A model generated the notes under the pieces. It saw only the letters and a list, made by a program, of their open reading frames with translations. It had not been told where the DNA came from and made no database searches. A DNA stretch of 32,000 nucleotides, taken from Exiguobacterium profundum. GTDB lineage: Bacteria > Bacillota > Bacilli > Exiguobacteriales > Exiguobacteriaceae. The stretch is taken from the NCBI RefSeq assembly GCF_025234635.1, contig NZ_JANIEG010000004.1; one strand, written 5' to 3'. Of this stretch, positions 27,821-32,000 are shown piece after piece (the first letter of the stretch is position 1; the number at the start of each line of letters is the position of its first letter). A program made the position numbers and the translations under genes.

Positions 27821-27851
27821 TGGCATATACTGACAAAAGGAGGGTCCTTCC

Positions 27852-28604
27852 TTGATTGAATCGATTGGATTCCTATATAGCATCGTCCTCGGGGCGGTCA
27901 TCACATCGTTCACCAACGTCGTCGGGCTCCGCGTGCCACGTCAGCAATCGATTGTGACGCCGCGGTCACATTGTCCGTCTTGCGGTCACGAATTGTCACC
28001 GTGGGAACTCATCCCGATTTTCGGCTATCTCGCCTTAAGAGGCAGATGTCACGGGTGTGGCGAGCGGATCGCGCCGACGTATCCGATCTTTGAATTACTT
28101 GGAGCCATTGGATATGGCTATAGCTTTTCACTCTACGGATTTAGTGTGACGACGCTTCTCGCGTTCGCTTTCTTGTCGACCTTACTCGCTTTGGCGATGT
28201 CTGATTTATCGACGATGCTCGTGCCGAATGTCATCTTGCAATTCACGGCACCGGTATTACTCCTCCTCACCTATCTGACAGGGGCATCTTGGTGGACGCC
28301 ACTTGTGGGGGCGTTGCTCGGATTTTCGCTCCTAGCGACCGTCTTTTTCGTGTCAAAAGGGGGACTTGGGGCAGGGGACGTCAAATTGTTTACTATGATT
28401 GGTCTTGTGCTCGGTCCGCGTGACGTGCTCGTTGCCTTGTTTCTATCGAGTTTGATTGGGGCAATTGTCGGGATCGGGTTGATGATCACAAAAAAAATCG
28501 GGCGAAAGCAACCGATTCCGTTTGTCCCGTCGATTGCGCTCGGGACGATGTTGACGTTTTGGTTTAGTGAAAGTTTTTTTGATTGGTATTTTGAGTTGAT
28601 GTAG
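27852..28604 (+). CDS. pilD: Prepilin peptidase / N-methyltransferase (A24 family; ComC/PilD)
   Basis: Zn-finger CPSCGHEL...RGRCHGCGE and catalytic Asp contexts AMSDLSTMLVPN and GAGDVKLF. TTG start 7 nt after AAAGGAGGG. It occupies the position of B. subtilis comC downstream of folC. Confidence 0.93.
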   Translation: MIESIGFLYSIVLGAVITSFTNVVGLRVPRQQSIVTPRSHCPSCGHELSPWELIPIFGYLALRGRCHGCGERIAPTYPIFELLGAIGYGYSFSLYGFSVTTLLAFAFLSTLLALAMSDLSTMLVPNVILQFTAPVLLLLTYLTGASWWTPLVGALLGFSLLATVFFVSKGGLGAGDVKLFTMIGLVLGPRDVLVALFLSSLIGAIVGIGLMITKKIGRKQPIPFVPSIALGTMLTFWFSESFFDWYFELM

Positions 28605-28616
28605 GGGGAAACGATC

Positions 28617-30188
28617 ATGAGTCGTGGGATAGAGAAAGGGACGGTCACGTATTTTTCGTTTGATGCGCTCAGCATCCACGGGGCCGTCATCAAACAAGGG
28701 GTGTTCAAACGAAGCGCCTCGGTTCAGTTAGCAAAAGATGCGTATGGAGAAGGGAAGATTCTCGATGAGACGGCGTTCAGTCTCGCTTTCGATGAACTCT
28801 GTCGCAAGTTGAAAGTGCGACGCGGGATGACGTGTGCGGTGGCATTGGACGAGACCGAAGTGTTGTCACGGAAAGTCGAGATTCCTTCTTCGATTCCGAA
28901 GGACGAGATTCGTGGCTATCTCTTCATGGAAATCGGGAGTTCGATTATCTTGCCGTTCGATGACGTGTCGTTCGACTACGAAGTGTTAGGAGAAGACGGG
29001 GTCAAGACGGACGTTATGTTGCATGCCGTTTCGATTGAATTGACGAAGTCGCTCCGTGCGTACATGAAAAAGCGTGGTCTAGCGTTGAAGAAGATCACGC
29101 CACGTTCTGTCGCGGTCGCCAATGGGGTCATACGTTTATCGGAGATTGATCCGCTTCAATCGACATTACTCTGGCATATCACGCCGTTTTCACATCAATT
29201 GCTCGTCCTTGAGGAAGGGCAGATCCGTTTCATCCGCTCGATTGAACTGGACCTCCCGTACCAAGTCGGGACGAAAGATGGTGTCGTGACCTATACATAT
29301 GATGGGACCGGTGAGATGAAGGCTAATCAGTTGGATGACTGGTTGAACGAACTCGCTCGCTTCCTCGATTTCTATCGTTACTCGCTGCGGACGGATGGTC
29401 GGGCCATCGATGAGTTATACGTCTCGGGAACTGTTCCGGAAGTCGATGATCTCGTCCGTATGATTCAGGCTGAGTCCCTCGTCTCGGTGACGCGTGTCGA
29501 GCAACCGCTCGCCATCGCTCACGGGACACCTCTATCGCATCAAATGTTGCCACTCCTTGGGATGGCGACGCTTCAGCGCGATCGTGACACGAACTTCATC
29601 AATTCGACGGACGTGACACTCCGTTGGCCGATCGTGACAGGTCTCGTCGCCCTTCTTCTCGGAGGAGGGGCGGCCGGATACTTGTACTATGAGGTCGACC
29701 AACTAAAAGCAGAACAGACGCGAATCGAAGAAGAGTTACAGCTCGTTCAAATTTACCAAACCGAACAAGTGAATTCGAAAGCGCAACAAGTGCTCTCGCT
29801 CGACCAAACCGTGACGGCGTTGACCGACATGGAAAAGGATGCGGTCCCAGCACTGCGCGCGTTGACTGAGCAGTTGCCGCCTACTGGCTACGTCTTGACG
29901 TATAACTACGCGGATGGCTCCATCATGAGCGTCCGAACTCAATTCGAGACGTTAGAAGACTTGAACGCATTCCAGCGCTCGCTCATGACCGATGAGCGGT
30001 TCCTCGACGTCAAACTCCTCGGTGTGACGACGGAGTTGAAAGCGGATGTGGATGCAGAAGAAGAGGAAAACTCATTAGAAGAAGATCCGCTTCCACGCTA
30101 TATCGGAGAGTTTACGTTCATGTTCCAAGACGTGGAAGACGAGTTGACAGAGGAAGAGGACACGGATGAGGAGGTGGTGAGTCAATGA
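28617..30188 (+). CDS. pilM: PilM-PilN fusion protein (cytoplasmic actin-like domain, TM segment, coiled coil) with acidic C-terminal tail
   Basis: About 340 aa of PilM-like region (LLWHITPFSHQLLVLEEGQIRFIRSIEL), then TM WPIVTGLVALLLGGGAAGYLYY, then PilN-like coiled coil EVDQLKAEQTRIEEELQLVQ. The tail is rich in E/D. It sits between pilD and pilO. Confidence 0.75.
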   Translation: MSRGIEKGTVTYFSFDALSIHGAVIKQGVFKRSASVQLAKDAYGEGKILDETAFSLAFDELCRKLKVRRGMTCAVALDETEVLSRKVEIPSSIPKDEIRGYLFMEIGSSIILPFDDVSFDYEVLGEDGVKTDVMLHAVSIELTKSLRAYMKKRGLALKKITPRSVAVANGVIRLSEIDPLQSTLLWHITPFSHQLLVLEEGQIRFIRSIELDLPYQVGTKDGVVTYTYDGTGEMKANQLDDWLNELARFLDFYRYSLRTDGRAIDELYVSGTVPEVDDLVRMIQAESLVSVTRVEQPLAIAHGTPLSHQMLPLLGMATLQRDRDTNFINSTDVTLRWPIVTGLVALLLGGGAAGYLYYEVDQLKAEQTRIEEELQLVQIYQTEQVNSKAQQVLSLDQTVTALTDMEKDAVPALRALTEQLPPTGYVLTYNYADGSIMSVRTQFETLEDLNAFQRSLMTDERFLDVKLLGVTTELKADVDAEEEENSLEEDPLPRYIGEFTFMFQDVEDELTEEEDTDEEVVSQ

Positions 30189-30892
30189 AACGTTCGACAA
30201 TCTACGCGTTATTTGCGATTTGCCTCCTTGCCGCAATCATCGCACCGGCTTACTTTGGCTATACGTATTACGTCAAACAAGGAGAGGTCGAAGCGCTTGA
30301 ACGCGACCTCTCGCTCGAACAAACAAAACTGGAGTTATTGCGCCAAGAAGGAAAAGCCGTTGATGTAGCGGACTCTCAGACGCTTCAGACACGGGTTCCA
30401 ACAGTTCCTGCCCTCGACACGGTCGTTGAGGCGTTGTCGCAGGCAAGTCTTCTTGCGGGTGTCAATGTGACAAGTATCGCATTTGCGGATGGCGTTGTGG
30501 CTGAGTCAGAAGTGCCGGAAACGGTCGAGCCGTTCAATCCGGCTGATGTGAGTGCGACGAATGAACCGGCTGAACCAACGGACGTTGCACCTGTCAACGC
30601 TTCGACGGTCCGTTCAACGGTCAACTTGCAAGCAGAGACGTATGAAGCGCTCGTCTCCTTCTTGGAGTCGATCGAGTCGATGAATCGGATTCACGTGTTA
30701 CGGACGGTTCAATTTACCGGACCTGCCGAGACGGGACCGAATACGGTCGAAGAAGTGCAGTCGCTCGAGTTTACAGTCGAGCTTGATGCCTTCTATCGTC
30801 CGGACCTCGACCAACTCGTTCCAGACCGATACATTCCGGAACCGGCGTTTGAGCAAAAGGATATCCCGGTATACGACTATACGACACCATAA
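30185..30892 (+). CDS. pilO: PilO-like pilus alignment protein
   Basis: ATGA overlap with the upstream gene. N-terminal TM IYALFAICLLAAIIAPAYFGY, then coiled coil GEVEALERDLSLEQTKLELLRQEG, then a ferredoxin-like C-terminal region. An acidic, Pro-rich linker is inserted. Confidence 0.75.
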   Translation: MKRSTIYALFAICLLAAIIAPAYFGYTYYVKQGEVEALERDLSLEQTKLELLRQEGKAVDVADSQTLQTRVPTVPALDTVVEALSQASLLAGVNVTSIAFADGVVAESEVPETVEPFNPADVSATNEPAEPTDVAPVNASTVRSTVNLQAETYEALVSFLESIESMNRIHVLRTVQFTGPAETGPNTVEEVQSLEFTVELDAFYRPDLDQLVPDRYIPEPAFEQKDIPVYDYTTP

Positions 30893-30897
30893 GTCGG

Positions 30898-30930
30898 CAC
30901 GTCCCTTCGCAATTGAAGGGGCGTGTTTTT
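30898..30930 (+). terminator. Rho-independent terminator ending the pilus operon
   Basis: CACGTCCCTTC / GAAGGGGCGTG with one G-U pair and a 6-nt loop, followed by TTTTT. Confidence 0.8.
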
Positions 30931-30942
30931 CGTCGCGGGTAA

Positions 30943-30971
30943 TTGTGTTTAGGAGGCACGTTGCCTACAAT
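30943..30971 (+). promoter_or_regulatory. Possible maf-radC promoter (TTGTGT-17 nt-TACAAT)
   Basis: TTGTGT at 30943-30948, a 17-nt spacer, TACAAT at 30966-30971. The -35 element is weak. Confidence 0.35.
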
Positions 30972-31032
30972 CAACAGTGAAGACCGAAACGGGAAGGAAC
31001 GCCGTTTTGGAAGAAGAGAAGGAGTCGATACA

Positions 31033-31617
31033 ATGAATTCAACACAGAAGCGTGTCATTCTCGCCTCGATGTCACCGCGACGTACCGAGCTATTGACGAA
31101 AGCAGGAATCAAACATGAGGTCATCCCATCTACCGTGACGGAAGGGACGGACGGTCGGGAGACACCGAGTGATTACGTCGCTCGTCTGGCCCGGGAGAAA
31201 GCGATGGACGTGGCAAGGCATCACCGTGATGCTATCGTCATCGGCGCGGACACGGTCGTCGTCTTGAACGGCATCATTTTAGAGAAACCGACAGACCGGG
31301 AGGATGCGAAACGGATGCTTGAACGATTATCCGGTTCGACCCATGAAGTGCTGACGGGTGTGAGCATCATCGGTAAGTCCCAAGATTTGTTCGTCACGAC
31401 GACGCGTGTGACGTTCGCTGAGATTCCTGAAACCTGGCTAGCGGATTATTTGGATTCGACAGAGCCCTACGATAAGGCGGGTGCGTATGGGATTCAAGGA
31501 TCGGGTGGTCTCTTCGTCGAAGGAATCGAAGGGGATTTTTATAATGTCGTTGGATTGCCGATCCATCCGCTCGTCAAGACGCTCGACCGGCATGGGGTGA
31601 CGCCTCGCTTCCTGTGA
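31033..31617 (+). CDS. maf: Maf-like nucleoside triphosphate pyrophosphatase (septum formation protein Maf)
   Basis: VILASMSPRRTELL, IGADTVV and KAGAYGIQG motifs. The ATG at 31033 follows AAGGAG. The ORF-track start at 30943 lies in the terminator/promoter region. Confidence 0.93.
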   Translation: MNSTQKRVILASMSPRRTELLTKAGIKHEVIPSTVTEGTDGRETPSDYVARLAREKAMDVARHHRDAIVIGADTVVVLNGIILEKPTDREDAKRMLERLSGSTHEVLTGVSIIGKSQDLFVTTTRVTFAEIPETWLADYLDSTEPYDKAGAYGIQGSGGLFVEGIEGDFYNVVGLPIHPLVKTLDRHGVTPRFL

Positions 31618-31637
31618 ACTTGAAAGTAGGTGAAGGA

Positions 31638-32000
31638 ATGACCATGGTGCTTGACCGTAGTGTAGAGACCGCCATCGCCAGATTGCTTCAAATCGGAGGA
31701 CGGGGACCGGACCCGATGGAGACGGCTCGTCGTATCTCGGACGTCTACCCGACGTTACGGGCGCTGTCACAAGCGTCCGTTCACGATTTATGTAAAATCG
31801 AAGGGATGACGAAGAAGAAGGCGGAGCAACTCCTCGCCGCGTTCACAATCGGGATTCGATACGTCGAGGAACCGAAAGCGAGTATGCCGACGATTCGTTC
31901 GCCGCAAGACGCCTATGAGTTGTTGCGGGATGAATTGAGACTGTTGAATCAGGAGCATTTCGTCTGTTTGTATTTGAATACGAAGAACCAACTGATCGCT
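31638..32000 (+). CDS. radC: RadC-family (UPF0758, JAB-domain) protein; 3' end outside the window
   Basis: It is absent from the ORF track because no stop lies within the window. My own translation from the ATG at 31638 (after AGGTGAAGGA) gives MTMVLDRSVETAIARLLQIGGRGPD...LCKIEGMTKKKAEQLLAAF...SPQDAYELLRDELRLLNQEHFVCLYLNTKNQLIA. This is the RadC N-terminal HhH region and the start of the JAB domain. Conserved maf-radC synteny. Confidence 0.88.
   Translation, partial: MTMVLDRSVETAIARLLQIGGRGPDPMETARRISDVYPTLRALSQASVHDLCKIEGMTKKKAEQLLAAFTIGIRYVEEPKASMPTIRSPQDAYELLRDELRLLNQEHFVCLYLNTKNQLIA

Noticed and set aside
30983-31008. A small hairpin AAACGG...CCGTTT upstream of maf as a possible regulatory RNA.
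   Set aside because: It has only a 6-bp stem with a 9-nt loop, no T-tract and no recognisable riboswitch features.
1-32000. A search for CRISPR arrays, tRNA/rRNA genes, IS elements, integrases, or phage or defense-system hallmarks.
   Set aside because: I saw no regularly spaced direct repeats, no cloverleaf-like or rRNA-like segments, and no transposase, integrase or nuclease-helicase-type ORFs. Intergenic space is accounted for by promoters, a T-box and terminators.

Overview
This is a chromosomal window from a roughly 50% GC Bacillales genome. Gene order mirrors the Bacillus subtilis hemAXCDBL / valS-folC-comC / spoIIB-maf-radC neighbourhood, but hemX and the sporulation genes spoVID, ysxE and spoIIB are missing. 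That suggests an asporogenous lineage; my unverified guess is Exiguobacterium-like. No database search was possible, so all family names come from motif recognition by eye.

Core content: a partial AI-2E transporter; a translationally coupled heme operon (hemA, hemC, hemD, hemB, hemL); valS behind a sigmaA-type promoter and a Val (GUC) T-box leader; selO on the minus strand; folC; maf; and the 5' part of radC.

Accessory segment 1 (about 9.5-11.6 kb) is a lower-GC islet between valS and selO/folC. It encodes a lipoprotein, a GNAT acetyltransferase and two tandem paralogous small proteins. The first paralog is frameshifted.

Accessory segment 2 (about 14.4-30.9 kb) fills the slot where B. subtilis has only comC. 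It holds a complete retractile type IV pilus locus: pilB, pilT, pilC, pilA, pilD, a pilM-pilN fusion and pilO. A convergent three-gene minor-pilin operon includes a 549-aa PilX/PilK-like protein.

Four non-canonical partners sit in the same locus. They are a 1245-aa low-GC secreted protein (two alpha/beta modules, Ig-like domains, C-terminal Big_2 repeats), a membrane-anchored ankyrin-like protein, a degenerate YoaR/VanW+G5-like protein that opens the pilB operon, and a small 3-TM protein.

The best candidate for undescribed biology is this set: minor pilins, giant non-pilin protein, ankyrin-like protein and VanW-like protein. I read it as a possible monoderm tip-adhesin and cell-wall-passage module. 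That interpretation is inference only.

I saw no CRISPR array, tRNA/rRNA, transposase or integrase.
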